A DNA stretch of 64,000 nucleotides from Eledone cirrhosa (lineage: Eukaryota), in contig OZ024765.1 of NCBI GenBank assembly GCA_964016885.1, forward strand, positions 12,462,001 to 12,526,000. The letters are read 5' to 3'. Positions 53,229 to 64,000 of this stretch are shown here, one piece after another. A program made the position numbers and the translations under genes. Positions within the stretch are counted from its first letter, which is position 1. Each line of letters starts with the position of its first letter. The notes below the pieces were generated by a model. That model saw nothing but the letters and a program-made list of their open reading frames with translations. It searched no databases and was not told the origin of the DNA.

Positions 53229-55560
53229 TTTTAACCCTTTCATTACCATATTTAGTCAAATAATTTTGAAAAACATTTGGATAGGATTAGCAATGTAACT
53301 AACTTTCACCATTAAGCTGATGCTTAAAACAAAGACTCTTTCCTCAAATTATGATGGAAATGTTTTAGATATATATCAACACTTTAATCCTTTCATTATC
53401 ATACTTCTAATAAAGACACTGCCAATGATAGTCAAATAATTTTGAAAATTAGACATTTATTTGGAGAAATTTCACAATATAACTTTCTCATTGTTAAGCT
53501 GGTGTTGGGAACATGAAAATTCTTACAGAGAATTATGGGTGAAGGATTTTACATAAATAAAAACGAGTTGGCATTAGGATGGGCATCCAATCGTAGAAAC
53601 CATGCCAAAATCAGTTCAGTGTGAGCAAAACACGTCCTCTGACCTCATCTCTCACAATGAGACAGCCCGTCCTACCCATACTAACATGAAAAATGGACAT
53701 TAAACAATGATGATGATGAACTTTAAAACAAACAGTTTTGTATCACAAAACTGTGATTTTAGGCAGTTTGGTATCAAAGTGCCAACAGGCTAGTTGTTTT
53801 CTTACTATCAATCATTAAGGTGGTTGATAATAGGAAAGGTGCTCCACTGAAGAAACCATGTCAACAGGGTTCAAAGGACTGTTCAGTTGTATCAAAGATA
53901 TGACAACTAGACACACTTATGTGGTTAGGGTTAGAATAGAGATAAGGTAAGTTAGAGAAGACTTTAGTTATGTAAAGTAATATCTACAGCCAAGCTCAGC
54001 TGTAGACATAATGCCAACAATGGAACATAACTGATAGACACCGTCCTCCTACTTGTTCAGACGGGGAAGTAATTACGAACAACAACTAACTGAAGCTGCA
54101 ACAAAACATTCCACCCACGCCAGCATTTGAAAGTGGACATTGAAAATGGTGATGATAGTAAACTTTCAGTTTACTTAGTTTTATCTGAAGGATTGGATTT
54201 TTCTCTTCTGCCTAATCACTTGGATAAGATACATCAGAGCTTTCTAATCTTTCCCCCCAGAGTTGGTGGTCTACATGATAAACGACCACCCAGTTCACTC
54301 TGTAAAGTGGTTGGTGATAGGATGGTTACCCAGCCGTAGAAAACCTGTTGAGAATGGGTCAGAAGGACTTGTCATAAATATAACTTCCCTGCTGTTAGTG
54401 ATTTAGTGATCTACAAGATAAACACACCCTGTAAAGTGGTTGGTAACACAATGGACGTCCAGTCATAGAAAACCTGCCAAAAAAAAAAAGGGTTGGAAGG
54501 ATGCTTCAGCTGTATCATAAACAAACTACTTGCATCAGTTGTTAGCTGTCGATATATTTTATATATAAAAACAGCCAGAAACACCCCTAAATGAACAAGA
54601 CACGGTCACCCGACCCAACTTGCCTCTAAATGGAACCCGTCTAACCCAGGATAGCATGAAAGATGGAAGAGAGAGAGATGGAAGAGAGGGAGATGGAAGA
54701 GAGAGAGAGTGCACGTGCGCCATAACTCATGCACTATTCTCTTTCCTGACATTTGTACATTACTCTATGTACTATACATGCACCTATGATGAGTTGTAGT
54801 GCACCTGAGCACTACACAACAATTTCATTAGTTCATAACTGACCTTATGTTAATAATCTACATGATAAACGATCACCCAGTACACACCTATGTGATTGGT
54901 TGATAAGAAGGTCATCCTGCCATAGAAAACTTGTCAAACAAAAGGTCTGCTAGTTGCTGTTGCCACGATATACTACATTCAGTAGAGCACAGGAAAGTCT
55001 GTAAGCAAGATACCCACCTCCCACCCAGCCCATCTGAGAGGTCAGTAGCTTTACAGTAGCTCTACAAACCCATCAAACCCTTGCTAGCAGAGAAGACATG
55101 TTAAATGATGATGATGATCTAACTAGCAACAGGCATCTTGACCAGTCCAACTGAATGTCAACTCCAACACATTCCTCATCCCAGGCGCTTAGCTTTCTCG
55201 GAAGAAATGTTAGCCGATTCAATGCAGTCATGCACCATTGGTGAGGGCTGCATCCATCAGCAGCTTGCCAGTGTGGCTCACCAGAGAGGGCTGCAGAACA
55301 CACACTAAGTGAGTGCCTGGATTTCCGCCCACCTGAGAGTGTGGACCTTGCCCCACTACTGTGAGCTGGTTGCAGAGCCTGGAGGATGTTATATGGTTGC
55401 TGTCTCATACAGAAGGTAATGATGATGAAGAAGATGCTTAGGATCTGAATTTGTGAATAATTTATACAAACTTCTGCAAAGAGGGACTGGCAGTTTTCTG
55501 GGCTAAACATTTATTTTTAAATCAAAACAAAATGACAGTTGGAAAGAGATAATAGCTTAC

Positions 55561-55739
55561 CTTTGTGGCAAAAGTTTCTCCTGAGTTTCGTTAATGAAAA
55601 ATCCAGGTGTGTGCCTTTCGGCATCATAATCGCCATACTTAGCTTGGAGAGCAAAGGAACTGATAAGTACTGAGGTTTCTGGTGGACAATATATTTCATC
55701 AGAAAGAATATTGCGTTTCACTTGAAGGAAGAACATTCT
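55561..55739 (-). CDS. ERM exon B, FERM F2
   Basis: 179 nt, AG/GTAAG, phase 0 to 2. Encodes [59 protein letters not shown](R). Confidence 0.97.
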
Positions 55740-55827
55740 CTGGAAAAGATTAAACATTAAATTTGAATTAAATTTGAATTAAAATTTGAATAATCAAAAC
55801 CGTAGCGGTATGTCACATATCAAATCT

Positions 55828-55894
55828 TATATTTTGTCTGATGAAAACGTACTTAAACATCATTGTACCTTTGAAATATGTATAATAAAATATA
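55828..55894 (+). ncRNA. Minimal type I hammerhead ribozyme motif (family A)
   Basis: UAUAUUUUGU CUGAUGA AAACGUAC loop GUACCUUU GAAA UAUGUA UA / AUAAAAUAUA. Confidence 0.7.
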
Positions 55895-55937
55895 TATTAT
55901 GATTATGAGAATATTTTTCATTTATTAATATTTTGAA

Positions 55938-55992
<55 letters not shown>

Positions 55993-56254
55993 GATATTAA
56001 ACAAATGGAAACTATATTTATAAAACCATATTTATTTCATTATACATATTTCAGGGATACCATATTAAAAATATGGCATGCCTTCAGATAAAATACAATA
56101 TATAAGCAGTTTTATAAATAAATTTGACGTACCATAAAATATTGAACCACTTCCATTTAAAAAAGTATAGTTCACTACCAAACCAACTTTTTTAAATGGA
56201 AGTGGTTCAATATCTTAGGCTACGTCAAATTTATTTATAAGACTGTTTATATTG

Positions 56255-56320
56255 TATTTTATCTGAAGAAAGCATGCCATATTTTTAATATGGTATCCCT
56301 GAAATATGTATAATGAAATA
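56255..56320 (+). ncRNA. Hammerhead motif (family A) in the right arm of a palindrome; extra mismatch at the base of helix II
   Basis: UAUUUUAU CUGAAGA AAGCAUGCCAUAUU uuu AAUAUGGUAUCCCU GAAA UAUGUA UA / AUGAAAUA. The mirror copy near 56033-56095 has a core-breaking deletion. Confidence 0.6.
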
Positions 56321-57267
56321 AATATGGTTTTATAAATATAGTTTCCATTTGTTTAATATCGTATATCTACTCCAAAACTTGTTGAGTGCTTTATATCAGT
56401 TATAAAATATTTACTCGTTGTAACCCAACAATTTTAAATAAAACTTTTGCATATATATATATATTTATTTATTTATTTATATGTATATAAGAAACAGAGC
56501 TTAGTGTTGTTTTGAAAATTAGCTTCGTTTACAAACAGCGGAGAGTTTGAAAATTAGATAGTGAAATAGCTTCTGCTGTATTTTTGACTAAGTAAATTAG
56601 CCTAATAATTGGAGTTATAAAAACCTTCAGATTGGAAAAAGGATGAGCATTGACATACATGCGGACACAAACCCACATATTTGGCTATCATGACCACTGC
56701 GCTAACCATTACACCAATACGTCACCCATATATTGGGTCATCAAGTATGAAATTTGTAGAAATGTTTTTTTTTCTACAACTTTCTACAAATTTCATACTT
56801 GACGACCCAATACATATATATATATATGGCATACTGATCCCGGACTCCCAAAATTAAATACATGCAATACAAATGCCGTCATTATTGACGGCACAGATTC
56901 ACTAGAGGATAAATACATACCGTAGCACACACAATCTGTAACTACCAATTGTCTTCAAGAGGAAAAACCCTGCCTATGTTTACAAGCAGCGAGATAATTA
57001 ATGAGATAAGAACATCTATAATTACCCGCCTGTAAATCAAATACCATCTCATTGTAAACAGTCACAAAATAGCAAACAAATAAAACAAAAAAACAACAAC
57101 AAAAAGACACCCTATTTCCACCTACTGGCCTATTTCAGTAGGAGATAAAATAAAGATATAAAACCATGTGTGGTTGATCCTTTTGATACAGAACTGCCCC
57201 TTAGTTCTATGATACAAAACTCTTGTCAAGTCACCCACACCTATCATCATTAGTGAAAGTGTGGCGC

Positions 57268-57480
57268 TTAACCCTTTAGCATTTATATAACTATATGTAC
57301 TATTCTATTTTCGCAGTACAGGCTTTATCTCGCATAATATCTCTATCGAATCAATGAGCTTTTGATATTTCGAGAACAATACCTTAATGTCAGTGTGAGC
57401 AGCCGGTTATGGCCAGTTTGAACAGAAAGAAGTGTGAGAATTCAGGCCGGTTATAGCCAGTTTAAATACTAAAGGGTTAA
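57268..57480. mobile_element. piggyBac-type TTAA MITE, representative full copy
   Basis: TTAACCCTTTAGCATTTA ... TAAATACTAAAGGGTTAA. Other copies near 24.2-24.5, 33.5, 34.1, 42.0, 47.4, 58.4, 59.6, 60.7-61.1 and 63.9 kb. Confidence 0.75.
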
Positions 57481-57749
57481 TAGAGCATTGGATTCACAAC
57501 CTTGAGGTTGTGAGTTTGGCTCGGGTGATGCATTATGTCCTTGAGCAAGAACTTTATTTCATATTGCTCCAGTTTACTTAGCTGTAGAAATGTTTGGCGT
57601 CATCACTGGTGCCAAGCTGTATCAGGCTTTGCCTTTCCCATGGACGGCATCGGTGGCAAGGAGACTGGTATACATGGGCAACAGCTGGTCTTCCAAAAAA
57701 CACCATGCCCGGCTTTGTCAGTCTCCAATTGATTCAGATGGATTCGTAG

Positions 57750-58020
57750 GCTCTGATACTATGGATATGTGGTTAGAATGCCTCAGGAAAGATTCACTGG
57801 ACAGATTTTACAAGCAAAACCAACTGGAAAGAGACCCAGGGGTTACCCCCAAGCAAGATGATTGCATAACATCCATGAGCTCAATTTTTCTCACTTGGGG
57901 ATCCAGCCAGATCAGTTGGAGATGGTTGCTGCTGACAGGACCAGCTGGAAGGTGTGTTAGAGGACTGTGCCCCCCATGAACTTCCCAGGGATAAGTGGAC
58001 AAAGAAGAAGAAGAAGAAAT
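57750..58020 (+). mobile_element. RTE-clade 3' fragment with (AGA)n tail, about 45 nt from the exon A donor
   Basis: Collinear homolog of the 1768-2090 element. Confidence 0.65.
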
Positions 58021-58064
58021 AAGTCCTACAATGATAGAAGTCTGAGAACACTGACACAACTTAC

Positions 58065-58169
58065 CAGAGTGACTTCTTGTATCAACTCCTCAGCCACATC
58101 TTCAGGGAAAAATTTAGCTCTGAATTGAAAATCAAGGGGGGTTTCTTTCTTGACATCTTGGCTGGTCAC
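58065..58169 (-). CDS. ERM (moesin/ezrin/radixin-like) exon A, first exon visible in the window; FERM F1/F2
   Basis: 105 nt with AG acceptor and GTAAG donor. Encodes [35 protein letters not shown], close to moesin [35 protein letters not shown]. Upstream exons not found in the window. Confidence 0.96.
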
Positions 58170-59980
58170 CTGTGAAAAGATATTTTAATTTGTTTAATAT
58201 ATTTTATATAAAGAATGGTGTGCACAGAGACTGGTTATAATATAGGTGCTCAAGTGCAGGGACTGGTTATAAGATAAGTGTGTTCAAGCACAGAGATGGG
58301 TTATAAAATAGGGTGAAAACCCTTTAAAGATGGAAAAAGAAATTGCCACTGGTCACTATGACAAATCGAACCCCATACTCCCAGCTATCAGCTAAGTGCT
58401 TTAACCCTTTACTATTTACATTACTCTATATGTACTATTGTATTTTCATGGTAAACACTTTATCTCTTATAATTATCTCACAAAATATCGAATCTATGAG
58501 ATTTTGATATTTTATTTTGAGAACAATACCATAACATAAAACATCCATCATAATTTTAAGTCAAAACCTTTATTAAGTTTTGTCCCACACACTAGCTTAA
58601 TGAGAAAGTTATATTGGTAACTTCCAACTTTTGGATTATGTTTGAAAATGATTTGTAAACCATAAGCAACGTCTTTCATTAGAAAGATGGCAACAAAAGA
58701 GTTTAGTATAAAAAAAAAATTATAAAAACCCAGCAACAGTTATTTCAGAGTTAATATTTTAGTAAACACCAGATCTTAGTGCAATTGGCATTTATATTAT
58801 GTTTATGGAGACTAGGATATTTATGGCTGTGTTTCCAGAGCACGTTCTGCATACAACGTACCCAGTTGGCACTGCAATTAGCCATAAAGATGTGTGCAAG
58901 AGACATATTACTGTCACATGTCATGTATGTACATATGATCTATGTATGTCTATACAGATTAAAAATATATGAGAGAAAGAAGAGTGAAATACATGCATAC
59001 TTACACACCGACACAAACATATCTGTGTATGTGTGTATGTGACCATACCACATCAAGTGATGTCACCATCAGTATTACCAAGATGCAAGACATGCCATAA
59101 TGTCATGATTTTAACAGAAGTGACAGAAATAACAGCAACATATATAAATAAAGCAATATAACATAGTACCTGTCAAAAATGACAGTGTTCATAGTAGCAG
59201 TAGTAGCTGTCATGGCTATTGTTGTAAAGGTCAATATTTTCTAATTAATTTATTTCCATATGTTCCTTCTTAATTCATTTATTGTTTGGAAATTCTCTTC
59301 TCATATACACAAATATAAACCAGGATGGAATCAGTTTGAAACTGGTTAGACCATTACTCAACAGAGTACTCAATACTTGGGGTAGTAGAGTTTGGTTATA
59401 TTATAGATAGTTGGGATCCATCAGCTGAGCTCTTGCGGTTTCAACAGCAAGTTCCAGACACAAACCATGGATACAGATAAATTTTGGAAAACTACAAGCA
59501 AATATTGTCTTTAAAATATATAAAGAAATAACAATATCATTGATTTACAACTATATATATATATATATATATATGTATTTAACCCTTTAGCATTTACATT
59601 ACTCTATATATACTATTATATTTTCATGGTAAAGGGCTTTACCTCACAATTATCTCATAATATCGAATCTATGAGATTTCGAAAGTATTTATTTTGAGAA
59701 CAATACCCTATCAGTTTGAGCAACCAGTTACAGCCAGTTTCAACAGATAGAGGTAGAGAATTCTGGCCGGTTTTGGCCGACTTGAACATTAAAGGGTTAA
59801 TCTGTACTTATAATAAATATTTAATAAACTTTAATATGTACTTATAATAAATATTTGCTCTACGGGCTTTTATATATTAACTCAGTTTTTTAATTTGATA
59901 TATATTTTATTTATATATAATCCTTATCGAGCCCTCTTCTGATTTTAGTCTTCACATTTTTTATTACTATATATATATAG

Positions 59981-60165
59981 AGGGCGGTGAATTGGCATAT
60001 AGAGGGTCGGACGCCATGCTTTGATGCATAGAGTTACGGCCCTTGCCATTCTGAGTTCAAATCCCGCCGAGGTTAACTTTGCCTTTCATCCTTACGGGGT
60101 CGATAAAATACCGTACCAGAAATGTACTGGGTAATTGTTGGCCTTGTGCCAAGAGTAGAAACAAC
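59981..60165 (+). mobile_element. Full-length tRNA-derived SINE, inverted relative to the copy at ~60325-60515
   Basis: GGGCGGTGAATTGGC...GAGTTCAAATCC...CCTTTCATCCTTACGGGGTCGATAAAAT...GGCCTTGTGCC, between (TA)n tracts. Confidence 0.8.
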
Positions 60166-61304
60166 TATATATATATATAGTAGTACAAACTTGCTATAAA
60201 TATCCAAGGGTTTAGAGCACTCGGTCTGTAAGACGAGTTATGTACAATATAAGTAGGGGAAACAACCCAACAAAACTTCAATCCCTGCATATATCACTGC
60301 TATAACTGATTTTACACACACACAATAACTGTTTCTACTTTTGGCACAAGGCCAGCAATTACCCAGTGCATTACTGGTACTTTATTTTATCGACCCCGTA
60401 AGGATGAAAGGCAAAGTTAACCTCGGCGGGATTTGAACTCAGACCATAAAGGGCCGTAACTCTTTGCTGCAAAGCATGGCATCCGACCCTCTCCCGATAC
60501 TGCCAGTCCACTGCCTTAGCACACACATAATAACAAAAGTGTTAAAGTGTGTATCTAAAAACCTCCCAGCATAATTTCATGTAAGCACCTCTTAAGTTAT
60601 GTTCCCAAAACCAACTACAATAATGATAAAGTTTTATTGGTAAATCTTTCCAAATATTTTATTATTTTCAAAATTCTTTTCCATTATGTCATTGCTAACC
60701 CTTTAGCATTTAAACTGGCCTTATCCAGCTAGAATTCTCTCGCCTCTTTCTGTTCAAACTGGCTGTAATTGGCCACTGATACTGATGTTAAGCCTTCAGC
60801 ATTTACATTATATATACTATTGTATTTTCATGGTAAACACTTTACTTCACATAATATTAAATCTATGAGATTTTGATATTGTTTATTTTGAGAACAATAC
60901 CTTAATATCAGTACGAGTGGCTGGATATGACCAGTTTGAATAGAAAGGGGTGAGAGAATTCTGGCTGGATATGGCCGGTTTAAATGCTAAAGTGTTAAGG
61001 TATTGTTCTCAAAATAAATTTCAAAATCTCAGATTCAATATTATGTGATAAAGCCTTTACTGTGAAAATACAATAGTATATATAGAGTAATGTAAATGTT
61101 AATGGGTTAATGAAAGAGTTAAAAGCTGGATGTTCTACTGACTGGATAAAAGAAAAATGGTTATCCAAAAGGCAGAAACATGTCTATAAATAGCCCCTGA
61201 AGTCCCATATGACTTAGGGAATGGTATTTGGATGGCAGCCACTTAGTATCATGTAATCAGAGATTATTTTGATAAAATTCTTCAGGTCTGGTGGTGGTAT
61301 GGGG

Positions 61305-62810
61305 GTGTATGTATGTGTGTATGAATGTGTGTGTGTATGAATGTGTGTGTGTATGAATGTGTGTGTGTATGAATGTGTGTGTGTATGAATGTGTGTGTAT
61401 GAATGTGTGTGTATGAATGTGTGTGTATGTGTGTATGCGTGTAAGAATGAATGTGTGTAAGAATGAATGTGTGTAAGTATGAATGTGTGTAAGTATGAAT
61501 GTGTGTAAGTATGAATGTGTGTAAGTATGAATGTGTGCGTGTATGAATGTGTGCGTGTATGAATGTGTGCGTGTATGAATGTGTGCGTGTATGAATGTGT
61601 GCGTGTATGAATGTGTGCGTGTATGAATGTGTGCGTGTATGAATGAATGTGTGCGTGTATGAATGAATGTGTGCGTGTATGAATGAATGTGTGCGTGTAT
61701 GAATGAATGTGTGCGTGTGTGAATGAATGTGTGCGTGTGTGAATGAATGTGTGCGTGTGTGAATGAATGTGTGCGTGTGTGAATGAATGTGTGTGTGTGT
61801 GAATGAATGTATGTGTGTGTGAATGAATGTATGTGTGTGTGAATGAATGTATAAATGTATGAATGTGTGTGTGTTTGAATGTGTGTGTGTTTGAATGTGT
61901 GTGTGTTTGAATGTGTGTGTGTTTGAATGTGTGTGTGTTTGAATGTGTGTGTGTTTGAATGCGTGTGTGTTTGAATGCGTGTGTGTTTGAATGCGTGTGT
62001 GTTTGAATGCGTGTGTGTTTGAATGCGTGTGTGTGTTTGAATGCGTGTGTGTGTTTGAATGCGTGTGTGTTTGAATGCGTGTGTGTTTGAATGCGTGTGT
62101 GTTTGAATGTGTGTGTGTTTGAATGCGTGTGTGTGTTTGAATGCGTGTGTGTTTGAATGCGTGTGTGTTTGAATGCGTGTGTGTTTGAATGCGTGTGTGT
62201 TTGAATGTGTGTGTGTTTGAATGTGTGTGTGTGTGTTTGAATGTGTGTGTGTGTGTGTTTGAATGCGTGTGTGTTTGAATGCGTGTGTGTTTGAATGCGT
62301 GTGTGTTTGAATGCGTGTGTGTTTGAATGTGTGTGTGTGTATGAATGTGTGTGTGTGTATGAATGTGTGTGTGTATGAATGTGTGTGTGTGTATGAATGT
62401 GTGTGTGTATGAATGTGTGTGTGTGTATGAATGTGTGTGTGTGTATGAATGTGTGTGTTTGAATGTGTGTGTTTGAATGTGTGTGTTTGAATGTGTGTGT
62501 TTGAATGTGTGTGTTTGAATGTGTGTGTTTGAATGTGTGTGTGTATGAATGAATGTGTGTGTGTGTATGAATGTGTGTGTGTGTATGAATGTGTGTGTGT
62601 GTATGAATGTGTGTGTGTGTATGAATGTGTGTGTATGAATGTGTGTGTGTGTGTGTATGAATGTGTGTGTGTGTGTATGAATGTGTGTGTTTGAATGTGT
62701 GTGTGTATGAATGAATGTGTGTGTGTGTATGAATGTGTGTGTGTGTATGAATGTGTGTGTGTATGAATGAATGTGTGTATGAATGAATGTGTGTGTGTGT
62801 ATGAATGTAT
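61305..62810. repeat. (GAATGTGTGT/GTAT/GTTT)n simple repeat, 1.5 kb
   Basis: Direct reading; source of the spurious His/Thr-rich ORFs. Confidence 0.96.
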
Positions 62811-63171
62811 GTCCTCACAACAGTCAGAATTTAACCCTTTCGATAAAAAAAAAAAAATGTATAAATATGTATGTATATGCCTGTGGTGTATAAGTGTGCA
62901 TGTATGTGGTGTATGTATATATATGTATGTGGTGTATATATGTCTGTATGTGTGCCCATCCTTCCATGGTGGAGAGGTAGAGGTACCTATTTCCTTTCCA
63001 GGTCTCAACACAATTTTTTTTCTATTTGTTTCTCAGTGTGAAAACCTGAGTTGAAACAGATATAATTTGGAAGGGTCATCATATTACCAATAAAACATGC
63101 ATCTTTCACTTTAGTTTTATTATTACTTAAGTAACTCGGCCCTTGTGGCCAATAAATGAAACTATTATCAC

Positions 63172-63882
63172 TTAACCCTTTAGCATTCACATTACTCTAT
63201 ATATATACTATTATATTTTCACAGTAAAGGCTTTACTTCACATAATATCTCACATAACATTCACATTACTCTATATATACTATTATATTTTCACAGTAAA
63301 GGCTTTACCTCACATAATGTCTCACATAACATTCACATTACTCTATATATACTATTATATTTTCACAGTAAAGGCTTTACCTCACATAATATCTCACATA
63401 GCATTTACATTACTCTATATATACTATTGTATTTTCATGGTAAAGGCTTTACCTCACATAATATCTCACATAACATTTACATTACTCTATATATACTATT
63501 ATATTTTCATGGTAAAGGCTTTACCTCACATAATATCTCACATAACATTTACATTACTCTATATATACTATTGTATTTTCATGGTAAAGGCTTTACCTCA
63601 CATAATATCTCGCATAGCATTTACATTACTCTATATATACTATTGTATTTTCATGGTAAAGGCTTTACCTCACATAATGTCTCACATAACATTCACATTA
63701 CTCTATATATACTATTGTATTTACACAGTAAAGGCTTTACCTCACACAATATCGAATCTATGAAATTTTGAAACTATTTATTTTGAGAACAATACCTTAA
63801 CATCAGTTTGAGCGACCAGTTACAGCCAGTTTCAACAGGAAGAGGTAGAGAATTATGGCCGGTTTGAACATTAAAAGGTTAA
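63172..63882. mobile_element. TTAA MITE whose left subterminal 72 bp is tandemly amplified about 8 times
   Basis: TTAACCCTTTAGCATT start, 72-bp units CATT(C/T)ACATTACTCTATATATACTATT...CTCACATAA, then the normal MITE remainder ending AAAAGGTTAA. Confidence 0.8.
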
Positions 63883-64000
63883 GTAACTAATTATTTCTTA
63901 ACCCTTTAGCATTTACATTACTCTATATTTACTATCATATTTTCATGGTAAAGTATTTATCTCATAATTATCTCTCATAATATTGAATCTATAAGATTTT

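Noticed and set aside
61214-63011. His/Thr-rich ORFs of 534 and 584 aa
   Set aside because: Translated simple repeat.
58200-64000. Upstream ERM exons (start of FERM F1)
   Set aside because: No sequence encoding VRVTTMDAELEF-like or WLKLNKK-like peptides found by eye; presumed beyond the window.

Overview
AT-rich, microsatellite-rich eukaryotic genomic DNA. The repeat content (tRNA-derived SINEs, RTE retroposon scraps, TTAA MITEs, very long (TA)n tracts) looks like octopus or another coleoid cephalopod; this is inference. One real protein-coding gene is supported: an ERM (ezrin/radixin/moesin) gene on the minus strand, with 11 GT-AG exons from 58169 down to the stop at 37927 (1554 nt, 517 aa plus stop). 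They cover most of the FERM domain, the helical region and C-ERMAD; I could not find the first ~60 codons in the window. Almost all supplied ORFs are translated microsatellite. The most notable hidden signal is a set of minimal type I hammerhead ribozyme motifs in non-coding DNA. One TA-embedded family has five copies with an intact core, a covarying helix II and a conserved C-C mismatch; two of them form a 357-nt tandem pair. A second family has two copies in ERM introns in sense orientation, one canonical and one with a compensatory U3-A8 core. Several more motifs are decayed. They co-occur with many fold-back palindromes, consistent with Penelope-like element termini or non-LTR retrozymes. 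Other leads are a splice donor overlapping the ERM stop codon that could give a CHC-terminated isoform, inverted SINEs bracketing three ERM exons, a ~9 kb inverted duplication and a 5'-inverted RTE insertion. All structures were read by eye; nothing was computed or searched.
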